DNA from: Eledone cirrhosa | Taxonomy: Eukaryota | Assembly (NCBI GenBank): GCA_964016885.1 | Contig: OZ024762.1 | Span: 18,166,001 to 18,230,000, forward strand | Direction of reading: 5' to 3' | DNA: 64,000 nucleotides | Shown: piece after piece, positions 39,311-53,478 of the stretch | Layout: the number at the start of each line of letters is the position of its first letter | Position numbering within the stretch: position 1 is the first letter of the stretch | Position numbers and translations under genes: made by a program | Notes under the pieces: model-generated | The model's database searches: none | The model's input: the letters and a program-made list of their open reading frames with translations, nothing else | Told to the model about the DNA's origin: nothing

Positions 39311-40059
39311 CCATTGAGTAGAATACATAAGTCTTGTCTGCATAGGTGGGTAATTTTCTTTTTTTCTCTTTTTAAATGTGTTACTTATCTGGAGGTACAT
39401 GGCTAAGAGGTAAGGGTGTTGGACTTACGATCATAATGTTGTAGGTTCGATTCCTGGGCCGAGTTGTGTGTTGTGTTCTTGAGCAAAACACTTCATTTCA
39501 CATTGCTCCAGTATACTCAGCTGAAAATGAGTACCAGCAATAGCTGGCGATTGAACTCTGCGATGGACTGGTGTCCTGTCCAAGGGGAAGTCTTGTACTC
39601 TCATTCACTTAACACCACAGAAACTGGGATAAGCACTAGCCTGGTGAGTTTCAGGCTCGAGACAGACTTTAGACATAGATACTGATCTTCATATGTCTAA
39701 CCGCTAAGCTACAAGATATCTGTTTAGGTTAAACAGTCAAAACAACCCTCCTTAGTCCTATCATAATAAAATGCATTTGGTTGAGCACTGGATCATATAT
39801 AAACAAAACGTATATAAACGATGATGATGATGATATCATCATCATCATCATCATCATTTTACGTTCGCTTTTCCCTGCTTGCAAGGGTGGTACGGGAACT
39901 GATTCTGGCTTGATTTCTACAGCTGGATGCCCTTCCTAACACCAACCTCATTTACAGTGAGTGCTGGGTGCTTTTTTACCGTGACACCTCCACGTCCACT
40001 TTACAGTGTGGGCTGGGTGCTTTTTTTGTCGTGACACCTTCAGGACCACTCTGCAGTGG

Positions 40060-40456
40060 GAGTGGGTCGGAGCATATTGTGTATATGCTTCAGCTTGTAC
40101 CTGTGGGAAGTCGGGTCTTCTGTATTACTGCGTGACACCAGAGGTCACGGTCGTGTGTCATCGCCCTTGAGAGGTGCAATTGGGCAAGGTCAGCTTTTAT
40201 CACCTCATCCCAGGTCTTCTTGGGTCTACCCACTCCAAGGCTTCCATCAACTGTTAGTGCTCTGCACCTTTTTATGCAGCTGACATCCTTCATACGCATC
40301 ACATGTCCATACCAATGCAACCTCCTCTCCTGCAGACAGCATTTCATTCCTCTTATGCTCAGTCTCTCTCTCAATTTATGCTTGGCCGTTCACGTATTAT
40401 TACACATCCATCGGCGCATGCAAGCTTCGTTTCTTTCTAATCTATGCGTGTGTGTG

Positions 40457-40488
<32 letters not shown>

Positions 40489-40690
40489 TGTGTGTGTGCG
40501 TGTGCATGCATGTGTTTCTCTCTCAGCTCATCCATGCTTCAACACTCATGCACATTAACATCACACATTTCATCGAAGAATGTCCTTCACATATCCTCTG
40601 CCTTTACCACCCATGTTTTATCTATACATAATACCACTCTTTGTATGCAGGCACCACACAGCCAGCCTTTTTTTTTAATACAGGGAGAAA
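40060..40690 (-). mobile_element. RTE-type LINE 3' fragment (related pieces at 46640-47050 and 48290-48845)
   Basis: RRLHWYGHVMRM...GRPKKTWDEVIKADL. Confidence 0.82.
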
Positions 40691-40964
40691 CATTTTGTTG
40701 TTAACACTCAAAAAATTAACCAAACACATTTTCAATGCAGAGGAAAATTGTTTTTTTAAAAATAAATTGCATAAAATTCCATAAGTAAAATCTATCTATA
40801 TATGATATTGTGTTGTTTTACATAATGTGACACTATGGTTTCTCTTAAAACATATTTCACAGCTACTGTGTCTTTGGTGGGCAGCAGAAGGGAGGGAGGG
40901 GTGAGGGGAAGGCTGTTGATGTCATCTATGAATTTATACAAAGTACTATGGGCAGACTGAAGGG

Positions 40965-42075
40965 GTGGAGAGAGAAGTAAGAGCAAGGAGAGAGAAAGAG
41001 AGAAGAGTGAGAGGGAGAGAGAGAAGAGTGAGAGGGAGAGAGAGAAGAGTGAGTGGGAGAGAGAGAGAGAAGTAAGAGCAAGGAGAAAAAGAGAGAAGAT
41101 TGAAGGGAGAGAGAGAGAGAGAAAGAGCGAGGAGTGAGAGAGAGCGAGGAGTGAGAAAGAGAGAAGAACGAGGAATGAGAGAGAGAGAAGAACGAGGAAT
41201 GAGAGAGAGAGAGAGAAGAACGAGGAATGAGAGAGAGAGAGAAGAACGAGGAATGAGAGAGAGAGAAAGAAACAAGAGTGAGAGAGAGAGAAGTAAGAGT
41301 AAGGAGTGAGAAGGGGAGTGATTATCATCACCATCATCATCACCATTACTATCATCACAACTACCACTATCACCACTACCACCACCACCACCACCACCAC
41401 CAGCATCATTACTATAACAAGTACTTCCACTACCACCACCACCTCCTATCACCTCTGTCACCACCACCACCACCACCACCACCACCATCATCACCAACAC
41501 CACCGCCACCACCACAACAAACTATAAACACTGACTGTGTCTCCTCAACACAGCTTCTGTCTTTATTCACTCTATATCACAGTGTCAAACATGGACAGAA
41601 TATACAGGAGATAAATAACTACTCCTCCTTCTTCTTCCTCCTCTTCTTTAAGTAAAGATATGACAAGAGGAGGAGAAAGAGGCGGAGGGGGGGGGGGGGT
41701 ATTGTTTCTTTTTCTTCTTTAAAAAGTCAGTTATTATTATTATTATTACTGTTGTTGGTGTTGTTGTTGTTGGTGTTGTTGTTGTTCTGACTGTTGGAGA
41801 ATAAAATATAAAATGGAAAAAAAAAAAACTATAGAAAGTTCTTCAAATTTATTCCAGCTAAACCACAACTGTCTCATACACATATGTATATATATATATA
41901 TATATACATACATACATACATACATATATATATATATACACATACATAAATACATACATACATACATAAATACATACATATATATATATATACACATACA
42001 TAAATACATACATACACATATATATATATACACATACATAAATACATACATATATATATATATACACATACATAA

Positions 42076-42106
<31 letters not shown>

Positions 42107-42467
42107 CACATACATAAATACATACATACATATATATATATATACACATACATAAATACATATACATATATATATATATACACATACATATATATATATA
42201 TACACATACATAAATACATACATACATATATATATATATATACACATACATAAATACATACATACATATATATATATACACATACATAAATACATACATA
42301 CATATATATATATATATACACATACATAAATACATACATACATATATATATATATATACACATACATAAATACATACATATATATATATATACACATACA
42401 TAAATACATACATATATATATATACACATACATAAATACATACATATATATATATACACATACATAA

Positions 42468-42500
<33 letters not shown>

Positions 42501-42551
42501 CACATACATAAATACATACATACATATATATATATATATACACATACATAA

Positions 42552-42593
<42 letters not shown>

Positions 42594-42638
42594 ATAAATA
42601 CATACATATACACATAAATACATATTTGTTCATAATTT

Positions 42639-42702
<64 letters not shown>

Positions 42703-42980
42703 TATACACATGTATATATACATACATATATGTAATTATATATATACACACATGTATATATGTACATACACATACATATATATGTATATATATATACATA
42801 CATACATACATACATATATATATATATATACACACATAATATTATATATAAATATATATATTATATATTATATACATACATATACATATTATATACATAC
42901 CTACATATATATATATATATATTAAACACACACACACCACACACACACATATACACACACACACATATATACACACACAC
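40965..42980. repeat. Low-complexity block: GA-rich tract, (CAC)n, (TACA/TA)n
   Basis: direct reading. Confidence 0.9.
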
Positions 42981-43310
42981 AATCGAGTCTTTCTCAAACT
43001 CAGAGTTTATGGTGTTATGTGACATGTAGCAGAGGAGGGGGGGGGGGGGGGGGGGAAGCAGTAGGTTTAAAGAGGAATGGGGGGTGGGGGTAAGGGAAGA
43101 AAGTGCCACATTCATCGAGTCGTTGTCGACAACAGCAGCGTTGTGTGTGAATAAAGGTGGTGGGGGGGAGGGTGGTGACACCAAAAACATCCCCCACCCC
43201 CCACCGCACCCCCGTCTCCCCCCCCCAAAAAAAAACTAGTGTGGTGGGGATTGGGTGTGTAGGGTGGGGGTGGGATTGGATACCCCACCCCCTCGGCCTC
43301 ACCACCCCTC

Positions 43311-43499
43311 CTACGGGTTTCTGATTGTAAGCTCCTCTGCTTCCTCATAGCTGCCGTCCTCTTCCATGTCATCAGCACAGCTGACGTCCTTGGTGACATA
43401 TGCTGGTTCTTCTCCACCACGCACCACAGAATCATTTATCAGTACCGACTCCACATTTGAACCGGGCACTTGGAACATCGGCTCCAGAAGAATGGTTTC
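43311..43499 (-). CDS. CLPX: CLPX terminal exon (ETILLEPMFQVPGSNVESVLI...RNP*)
   Basis: cag acceptor at 43500-43502, TAG at 43311-43313; LLEPMFxVP motif. Confidence 0.93.
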   Translation of the reverse strand, partial: ETILLEPMFQVPGSNVESVLINDSVVRGGEEPAYVTKDVSCADDMEEDGSYEEAEELTIRNP

Positions 43500-43525
43500 C
43501 TGGAAATAATTATTGATACTCATAG

Positions 43526-43556
<31 letters not shown>

Positions 43557-44675
43557 ATAATTGTTTCTACTTTTTGGCACAAGGCCAGCAATTACCCAGT
43601 GCATTACTGGTACTTTATTTTATCGACCCCGTAAGGATGAAAGGCAAAGTTAACCTCGGCGGGATTTGAACTCAGATCATAAAGGGACGTAACTCTATGC
43701 TTCAAAGCATGGTGTTCGACTCTCTACCGATACTGCCAATCCACCGAAAAAAAAAAATAATAATAATAATAGTTTCTACTTTTGGCACAAGGCCAGCAAT
43801 TTGATAAGGTGGGGGGGGGGGGCGAAAGTCAATGAAATTTACCCTAGTGCATTACTGCTACTTTATTTTAACGAACCACTCGTAAGGATGAAAGGCAAAG
43901 CTTAACCTCAGTGGGATTTGAATTCAGAATGCAAAGGGAGGCAACTATATGCCGCAAAGCATGTTGTCTGATGCCCTACAAATCCACTGCCTAATAGTAA
44001 TATTAATAATTGTTTCTATTTTTGGCACAAGGCCAGCAATTATCCCAGTGCATTACTGGTACTTTATTTTATCGACCCCGTAAGGATGAAAGGCAAAGTT
44101 AACCTCGGCAGGATTTGAACTCAGAATGGCAAGGGCCGTAACTCTATGCGTCAAAGCATGGTGTCCGACCCTCTACCTATACTGCCAATTCACCACCCCT
44201 TGCCAATCCAGTAATATTAATATTAATAATAATTACCATTACTTTTATATTCACTACTTTTCTATAGCAGCAAGGTTTGGGCAGATTGCCATGGCCTGAT
44301 ACTTGACTGGTCAGGGAACCTAGTCTTGGCTCATTACATCATTTAATATCTACTTTTTAACTCTTGCATGGGTTAGACAAGTTGTCACGTTATGAAATAA
44401 TTCAAGGTCAGGTTATCATGTCTTGCTCCTACGGAGCTGTATTTTGGCTTGCTTTCTACAGTTGGATGTCCTTCCTAATGCCAGCGACATTATAGTCTGG
44501 ACTAGGTACTTTTTATCATAGCACCAAAACAATAATCTAACAAGGTGAACTGGGTGCTTTTTTGTCATGTCACCAGCACGACCACCTTTCAATGTAGATT
44601 GGGTGCTTTCACGTGTCACACGTTTCAGGTTTGATGTTACTTCTGCAACTGTTGGATGCCCTTCCTAACAGCATC

Positions 44676-45670
44676 CACTTTACAGAGTGTACTGGATGCT
44701 ATTGCTTTCCAGAGTGTACTGGGTATATATTATAACAACACTAACCCTACCACTTTCCAGAGTGTACTGGGTATATTTTATAACAACACTAACCCTACCA
44801 CTTTCCAGAGTGTACTGGGTATATTTTATAACAACACTAACCCTACCACTTTCCAGAGTGTACTGGGTATATTTTATAACAACACTAACCCTACCACTTT
44901 ACAGAGTGTACTGGGTATATTTTATAACAACACTAACCCTACCACTTTCCAGAGTGTACTGGGTATATTTTATAACAACACTAACCCTACCACTTTCCAG
45001 AGTGTACTGGGTATATTTTATAACAACACTAACCCTACCACTTTCCAGAGTGTACTGGGTATATTTTATAACAACACTAACCCTACCACTTTCCAGAGTG
45101 TACTGGGTATATATTATAACAACAATAACCCTACCACTTTCCAGAGTGTACTGGGTATATTTTATAACAACACTAACCCTACCACTTTCCAGAGTGTACT
45201 GGGTATATTTTATAACAACACTAACCCTACCACTTTCCAGAGTGTACTGGGTATATTTTATAACAACACTAACCCTACCACTTTCCAGAGTGTACTGGGT
45301 ATATTTTATAACAACACTAACCCTACCACTTTCCAGAGTGTACTGGGTATATTTTATAACAACACTAACCCTACCACTTTCCAGAGTGTACTGGGTATAT
45401 TTTATAACAACACTAACCCTACCACTTTCCAGAGTGTACTGGGTATATTTTATAACAACACTAACTCTACCACTTTCCAGAGTGTACTGGGTATATTTTA
45501 TAACAACACTAACCCTACCACTTTCCAGAGTGTACTGGGTATATTTTATAACAACACTAACCCTACCACTTTCCAGAGTGTACTGGGTATATTTTATAAC
45601 AACACTAACCCTACCACTTTACAGAGGGTACTGGCTGCATATTATTATGACAACACAATTACCACTCTAC
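44676..45670. repeat. 48-bp minisatellite, about 20 nearly identical copies
   Basis: CCACTTTCCAGAGTGTACTGGGTATATTTTATAACAACACTAACCCTA. Confidence 0.94.
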
Positions 45671-47536
45671 AGATGCACACATAAATACATACATATTGTT
45701 ATAAATATGCACATATTACACACATATATGGTAAAGAACAATGGAAATAATATAATTTATTTATGTTTATACAGGGAACAAAAGTGCTACCCAAAGTTTC
45801 AAGGCCCAAATTTGACCATACCTCCAGAATACAAGAGACACCAAATTTGTGACCTTTCTTCTAATATAATGCCTTATTTGAAGGTATGGTCAAATTTGGG
45901 CCTTGAAACCTTAGGTAGCTGTTTTGTTCCGTGTATGAACAATAATTTTATATATATATATATATATACTCTCTAAATCTAATATTGATTTCCTGGTGAG
46001 ATTGTTATGTTATGTAATTGCAACTGTTTTACTGATAGATTAATAAATTAATCTACAAATCAATATTTTAATATTTTTGTAATTGTATTTCATTAAAATT
46101 GAAACAAACAGAAATTAATAAAATAGTTTGAAGCGTTATCTTTCGTTTTTCACCTAAATTCAATTATATGTATCACTGAAGACAACTTTGCCTGTCACCC
46201 TTTCAAGGTTGATAAAAAAAGTACCAGTCAAATAATGGGGTTGATTCTTTCTCTAATCCTTTAGCATTTACATTACTCTATATCTACTATTGTATTTTCA
46301 TGGTAAACACTTTATTTCACATAATTATCTCATATAGTATCAAATCTATGAGATTTTGATGTTATTTATTTTGAAAACAATACCTTAACATCAGTATGAG
46401 TGGCCAGTTACAGCCGGTTTGAACAGAAAGCAGTGAGAGAATTCTGGCTGGATACAGCCAGTTTAAATGCTAAAGGGTTAAATCCCTTTTTCACTTTCAT
46501 CTCACTCTCTATCCTTTTCTGGAAGAAATCTCTTGTATTCACATTTGGAGAGGGTAGGGCTGTGCTAGGTTTTTTAAAAAAAATAACCCCAACGAATCCC
46601 TCAAGAATTTGGGTCCATACATACAATACCTCATTGCTGGGAACAAAGGAATGCCTCTCCAAACAAAGAGTAAATTATATGATGCCTGCAATGTTACACG
46701 GTAGAGAGACATAGTACATAGAATACAGTAAATGTGCAAAGGTGAGAAAGAAATAAGGTTAGCATGTGCTACTGGATGTACAAAGTTAGTGTGTGTGAAT
46801 GGCGGAGCATGCATGATTGGGAAGGAAAACTGGGTATAAAATCAACCAGATGCAGTGGACAAGAGAGAAGATTACACGAGCATGATGATAATTGCCAGAA
46901 CATCCAAGTGGAAGGTAGCTACAGAAGAGGAAGAGTGAAGAAAACCGAGACAGAAGTGAGGAGAGCTGATCTCAGGATACTGAACCTCGGAAAGGAGATG
47001 ACGAAGGAACATAAGTGGTGAAGACAAACTGTGTTACAGAGGAGAGTATATCATGATTCATGCACTGTTCATTTTCCTGACGTTTGTACATTACCGTATG
47101 TACTATACATACACTTTTGATGAGTTGTAGTGCACCTGAGCACTGTACACAATATTTTCATTATTATAGGACTTGTCTAACTCATCCAAATATAATGATG
47201 ACATGTCTACTAAGTTGAATGGCAAAAAAACAAACAAACAAACCTAAATACACTTAAATACTGTATATATACCACCTCAACTGGTATTGAGTTCTCTCTT
47301 GTGAATATTCAACTGAGGTGGTATATATACAGTAGTTAAATGTGTTTTTTTAGTTTGTTTGTTTGTTTTTTTTGCCATTCAACTTTCATGTCAACTATTT
47401 GGCAGGTTGCAAGCAATTACTTAGGAAGAACAATGTTAATAAAGACAGAAAAAGATTGAGTAGGGGACGTAATCCGGTGATTTTTTTTTCCACTGAGTTA
47501 CTTCCCTTAAAATTCCATGATATGCGCAAAAACATA

Positions 47537-47825
47537 CTAGCTGAATGACCCGGCGTTGCCCGGGTTACTGCCGTTCTTATTCAGAATAGTAAACAATAAA
47601 TATGGAGATATATATTTTTTCTCATAATTATTTCAAAATATTTACATTTTATAAAAAAACATCAAAATTGTAATGATAATAGAATTTAGAAATGGAAATC
47701 TGCCAATCTTGAAGCACCTCAGGGTAAACTATATTCATTGTGTAATTCTTTGTTGGTGTGCAAATGAATAAATTGCTGCTGCTTCCAACTCGTGAGCAAC
47801 CAACATAGAGTTGACCATGGGACCC
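47537..47825 (-). mobile_element. Helitron 3' fragment with Pif1-helicase C-terminus
   Basis: SHGQLYVGCSRV...TMNIVYPEVL; hairpin ACCCGG..CCGGGT and terminal CTAG. Confidence 0.82.
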
Positions 47826-49639
47826 TGAGATTTGTTAATTCAACCTCACACTCTCACAAAATTTTATATAAATGTAATGGATTGGCAGGATTGTTTGTTA
47901 CAGAGTTAGATAAAATACTTTGCAGTGTTTACTTAGGTTAGAATGTCAGAAAAATGCCTTGCTGTATTTGTTCCAGCTCATTTTGTTTCAAGTTCAAATC
48001 CCACTGGAATCAACTTGGCCTTTCATCTTTCCAGCAGTTGATAAAATAAAGTACCAGTCACATATTGAGGCTGATGCAATCGACTTCCCACCCTAGGCCC
48101 TGCCCCATCAAACTGCAAAATTGCTGGTCTTGTGCCTTGAGCAGAATCCATTACTTTGTATGTTGCTTTGTACCAAAAATACTTCAGTGAATAAGGTAAA
48201 CTTTGGATGCACCTTTGGATGAGATGTGATGATACCAGGGGCAGGGTAACAGATCCACAGGAGTAGTTAGCAGTAAGGACACTAGTGAAATTATTTCTTT
48301 CTAATGCAAGGAAGGCTCCATAGAAGTAGATGATAGCTTGTGTTACCTAGATGTCCTAAATAGCAGTGGAGGAAGGTGTGCTGAAGGTATGGATAATAAG
48401 AATAAGAACAGTGTGGAAAGTGTTGAAGGATTTGAAACATCTGCTGACAATGAAGGGACTCTTTCTCTACCTGAAGGGTGGATTGTATGATGTCTGTGTA
48501 CCAAGTGTGATGTTGAATGGTAGTATGACATGGGTATATAATATAGGGGGTGTATGAAGAGTAGATTATATGATACCTATGTATGTGGTGTGATGTTACA
48601 TGGTAGTGTGACATAGGTATTGAATGTAGAGGATGTGTGAAGGGTAGATTGTATGATGTTACATGGTAGTGGGACATGGGTATTGAATGTAGAGGATTTG
48701 TGAAGGGTAGATTGTATGATGTTACATGGTAGTGGGACATGCAGAAGGCGTGCAAAGGTTAGAAGAAAATGAATTGAGCGTGCTCCATTGGAGGATCACT
48801 GTACCAAAGAGGACTTGTCTAAGCCATGCAAGCAGAAAAATGATGTTAATGATATATATTCTATATCTCAGTTGACTGAAACTCAGATTTTCCTAATGGA
48901 GTCCACTCATCCCTCTAGAAAATTGATTAATTTAAAGTGTTTATATTTATGTATTAACTTGCCATCATAATTTTATGTAAAAACCTTTGTTAAGTTATGT
49001 TCCAAACAACAGCTTAATAATGAGAAAGTTTGTTATATAAAATCTTCATTGTTACCAAATTTATTTGAAAATCATAGGCCAGGTATTTCCTTAGAAATAC
49101 ACTAACGAAAGAGTTAAAATATGTTGAATTAATTTATACATTTGATACCAATCTGGACAAAACCAGCTCTGGTTCTATGTAACAAAACCACCCATTTCAA
49201 TGAGTTCCAATTTAAATAGTTACTATCTCTGTAATGAAATTCTTCATCAATAGTATTTCATTAGAAATACACGCATGAAAAGGTGAATCAAAATCTTCCA
49301 ACAAAATTCTTCATTAATGAATTAAAATAGAATGTATTTCATTAGAAATACAGTTATGAAAGGATTAAATTAAAATATTCCAACATAATTTTATATAAGA
49401 ACCATCTGTAATGAAATAAATATTTTAGTAAACCCCTCAAATGTCTTCATTAATATTGTGTATTTCGTTAGAAATACTATCAGAAAAAGATTAAATAAAA
49501 ATCTTCCAACAAAATTCTTCATTAATTAATTTAATTAAACTAACGGGTATTTCATTAGAAATATGGTAATGAAAAGGGTTAATAGATTAGTATATTAGTA
49601 AATCAATTCCATGGTACTAATAGAGACAGCCTGACTTAC

Positions 49640-49732
49640 CATAATAGCTCTTAGTCCTCTGGCACCAGTCTTCTTTTCTAATGCCAACTGTGCAATGGCT
49701 CTCAGAGCATTATCTTCAACTATAAGATCAAC
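49640..49732 (-). CDS. CLPX: CLPX exon ([31 protein letters not shown]), sensor II
   Basis: cag/gtaag, 93 nt; KTGARGLR motif. Confidence 0.95.
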
Positions 49733-50046
49733 CTGAAGTAAAGTTGGAAAATGACATTGGAGAGAAGACCAAGATATACATATATATATATCATCATTTA
49801 ACGTCCACTTTCCATGCTAGCATGGGTTTTATATATATATATATATATATATAAGTTTTAATATAGATGAGATTCTACAGGACTAGAACTGTTTCATTCT
49901 TTAGAAATCATCAGGAATCATGATGATTTCTAAAGAATGAAACAGTTCTAGTCCTGGAGAATCTCATCTATATTAAAACTTTTATACTCTGCAATGTATT
50001 GAGTACCTTACTTACTGTGGTTACCTCCGATTCAACCCGGAATAAC

Positions 50047-50124
<78 letters not shown>

Positions 50125-50336
50125 ACAAGTTATCATTATAGGTAATCCAGTTAGAGGTTGTGAGTACTCTGTGTCGTGGATAGTTTTAATGTACGGCTTT
50201 GTTTGACTCAACAAGACGTATCCATAGTTATTCAAGAGATTAGCGACCTCTAGACTCACCTGGTCAATGAAACAATTGTCAATACCTGAAATAAAGCCCC
50301 TTGTTGTACAGCCAACCATGTTACTCTTCATTTTTT

Positions 50337-50381
<45 letters not shown>

Positions 50382-50599
50382 ATGTAGAAAATATCTGTAC
50401 GTGTGAAAAAGGAAAACTGTTCAATTGGGAAGAGTGCTTCTATATTATATTATTCAATTATATTCATACATGGAAGAAATCAACCATCTCATCTAAGCAC
50501 CTGAAGATTAGGTTACAATTTTGACCCCTCTTACAATCTGGAGATATGGTCAATATTAGGCTTGAAACCTTAGGTAGCACTTTTGTTTTGTGTATGAAC

Positions 50600-50916
50600 A
50601 TCATCATCATCATTTCATTTTATGTCCGCTTTTTCCCTGCTTGCAAGGGTGGGACGGGAACTGATTCTGGCTTGATTTCTACAGCTGGATGCCCTTCCTA
50701 ACACCAACCTCGTTTACAGTGAGTGCTGGGTGCTTTTTTGCCGTGGCACCTCCACGACCACTTTGCAGTGGAATGATAGGGACCCCAGTCCCTATCATCT
50801 CATTTCTACAGCTGAGTAAACTGGAGCAATGTGAAATAAAGTGTCTTGCTCAAGGAAACAACACATCACCCGGTCTGAGAATTGAACTCACAACCTTTCG
50901 ATTGCAAGGCCAATGC

Positions 50917-50918
<2 letters not shown>
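50600..50918 (-). mobile_element. SINE B, 5'-truncated at a (TA)n tract
   Basis: same sequence as 2043-2370. Confidence 0.85.
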
Positions 50919-50949
<31 letters not shown>

Positions 50950-51061
50950 ATGGACACACACACACATACACTCACCTACAAAGACACACACACACACACT
51001 CCCGCACACATACAAATTACATATAAGGACTTTTTCAGCCAGAAAATAAGAGTCCACTTAC

Positions 51062-51358
51062 ATTGTCCATCCTGAAGAGGGCCATGTACTGTGGAATGAG
51101 GGCATTGCGTGGACCTGTGAGGATTTGTACCAGCATGTCCTCGTTTAGACTGTGGAATGGCACGACAACAGGGAAACGGCCAACAAACTCCGGGATCATC
51201 CCAAACTCGATAAGATCCCGGGCTTCTGATTGTCGGATCAATGCATCCCGTTCTTCATTATCTGCAGCAGTGTCATTGCTTTCACTCTGGTTCTTCATGT
51301 CAGAGGCTGTGGCTGCTCGCCGCCCCTGGCTCACAGAATGAGTCCCGAAACCCAAATA
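51062..51358 (-). CDS. CLPX: CLPX exon (YLGFG...[16 protein letters not shown]...FRMDN), LGF loop and Arg finger
   Basis: cag/gtaag, 297 nt. Confidence 0.96.
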
Positions 51359-52777
51359 CTGAAAGAACAAAGCAGATAAAAAACAAATAAGATGAATTGT
51401 TATTATATCATGACTCATACACTGTTCATTTTCCTGACATTTGTACATTATTCTATGTACTATACATGCACCTTTGATGAGTTGTAGTGCACCTGAGCAC
51501 TGTACACAATAATTTCATTATTATTATTATTATTATTATCATCATCAGCAGCATTTAATGCCTGCTTTCCATGCTAGTAGGGATTGGCAAGGTCTTTGTA
51601 GACCAAGTGAGTCCTGAAGTAGGGCTACTGACCTCCCAGGTTGGATAAGGGTCCACATCATAGTAATGAGACATGGGCAGTGAATACAGTAGACACAGTG
51701 TGGTGGGGATTGAACTAGGACAATGTAGGGTTGAGAGGACCCTTTAATACAGTACAGAGTGGTGGGGATTGAACTAGGACAATGTAGGGTTGAGAGGACC
51801 ATTTAACTCTGCTGAGGACAAAATAATTACCTCTTTAGTGTTGCTTCTACAATAAGCACCACCCAGTTCACTCTGTAAAGTTGGTAGTGTCAGGAAGAGC
51901 ATTTAAAGCTCTTCTTCGCCCACTTATTCCTGAGAGGCGAAGTCCTGAAACACTCCTTCCAGCAGGTCCTGTCAGAAGCAACTATCTCCAACTTATCCAG
52001 CTGGATCCCCAAACCAAGACCCAGCCAAGCTCATGGATGTTATCTAACCATCTTTCTCAGGGTCTACCCCTGAGTCTCTTGCCAGTTGGTTTTGTCTGTA
52101 AAATCTGTCCAGTGATTCTTTCCCGAGCCATTCTAACCACATGCCCATAGTATCAGAGCTGTGATCTCTCAATTCAGAGAAGTAGCAACTCTACCTGGAG
52201 TGACTCTCTGATCTCTGAGCTACACACTCTATTGAGTAATGTTATTCCAAAGACCCTTCAGAAGAACCCTGACTTAAAAATCTCATCCTCAATCCAAGCA
52301 TGGAAATGTTTGGCATAAAAACGATGATGATGAAACAAACAAGCAGCTACATCTAATGCATACAACCATTCATGATGGCATGTGGCCTAGTGAGTAGGAT
52401 GTTGGACTGATGATCATAAGGTTGTGGGGTTAATTCCTGGACCAGGTGTCAAGTGTTTTTGTGCAAGACTGGGTCCTTCTATCATTAAAATACCCAAGAA
52501 ACCTCCCATGAGATGCAATCTTGTAGGAGAACTGCTAAACCTACATAGGTGTGAGTAGCAACAACATAAGACTGGGGTCCCTATCATTAAAAAAACCAAG
52601 AAACTTCCCATGAGATGCAACCTTCTAGGAGACCAGCTAAGCCTACATAGGTATGAGCAGTAACAACATGATAGGACTAATTCCCTATCATTAAAACATG
52701 CAGTAGGCCAGCTAAACCTGTATGGGTATATGGTGTAATTTTTTTCAGCGTTTTAGATTCCATTCATCTAACTTTAC

Positions 52778-52942
52778 CTTTTCATTTTTCCTCCTGTTCA
52801 CAATCCTATCAAGACCATTGAAAGCACCAGAAGCGATAAACAAAATGTTGGTTGTGTCCACCTGAATAGTTTCCCCGCGTAGTTTCCGAGAGTTTCGTTC
52901 TGGAACATTTACAATAGTCCCTTCCAGCATTTTCAGCATCCC
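52778..52942 (-). CDS. CLPX: CLPX exon ([24 protein letters not shown]...ILFIASGAF...KNEK)
   Basis: cag/gtaaa, 165 nt; RKL loop of mitochondrial ClpX. Confidence 0.96.
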
Positions 52943-53031
52943 CTGTAAAAAAAAAATGAGATTTTAAAGCTACACTTTAAGTACAAAGGACATTCAGTGG
53001 TTTACTACAGGTCTTACACTGGTCATATAAT

Positions 53032-53210
53032 TGTTTCCATTTTTGGCACAAGGCCAGCAATTATCCCAGTGCATTACTGGTACTTTATTTTATTGACCCC
53101 GTAAGGATGAAAGGCAAAGTTAACCTCAGGGATTTGAACTCAGACCATAAAGGGACGTAACTCTATGCTTCAAAGCATGGCGTCCGACTCTCTACCGATA
53201 CCACCAATCC
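53032..53210 (-). mobile_element. SINE A with 16-bp target-site duplication
   Basis: ACACTGGTCATATAAT at 53016-53031 and 53211-53226. Confidence 0.88.
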
Positions 53211-53478
53211 ACACTGGTCATATAATATACAGATGTTGTATTGTATGGACCCGTAACTCCTGATGGAATCGTAGGGGTACCGTAGTCACATATGGCTTGT
53301 CTTGGGCATTTTAAACTTGGTAGGGATGAACACAGTCAATCTCTTCCAGATAAGTAGAGAGAGAGAATAAGTGAGAAAGAGGAAGAATCAAGCACAGTAG
53401 AGGACTAGTATTTTATCAACTTCTAAAAGATGAAAGGCAAAGTTGACCTTGGTGGGATTTAAACTCAGGAAGCCCAGA

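Noticed and set aside
38665-39321. Mucin-like ORF with hydrophobic N-terminus
   Set aside because: Non-ATG start, 42-bp minisatellite open in several frames, no splice or homology support; expression cannot be excluded from sequence alone
40792-41655. His/Thr/Ser-Leu-rich ORFs (also 61823-62623)
   Set aside because: Low-complexity GA and CAC repeats
44656-45976. 342-aa and 429-aa repetitive ORFs
   Set aside because: Open only because the 48-bp unit is a multiple of 3; antisense within a CLPX intron and SINE-derived
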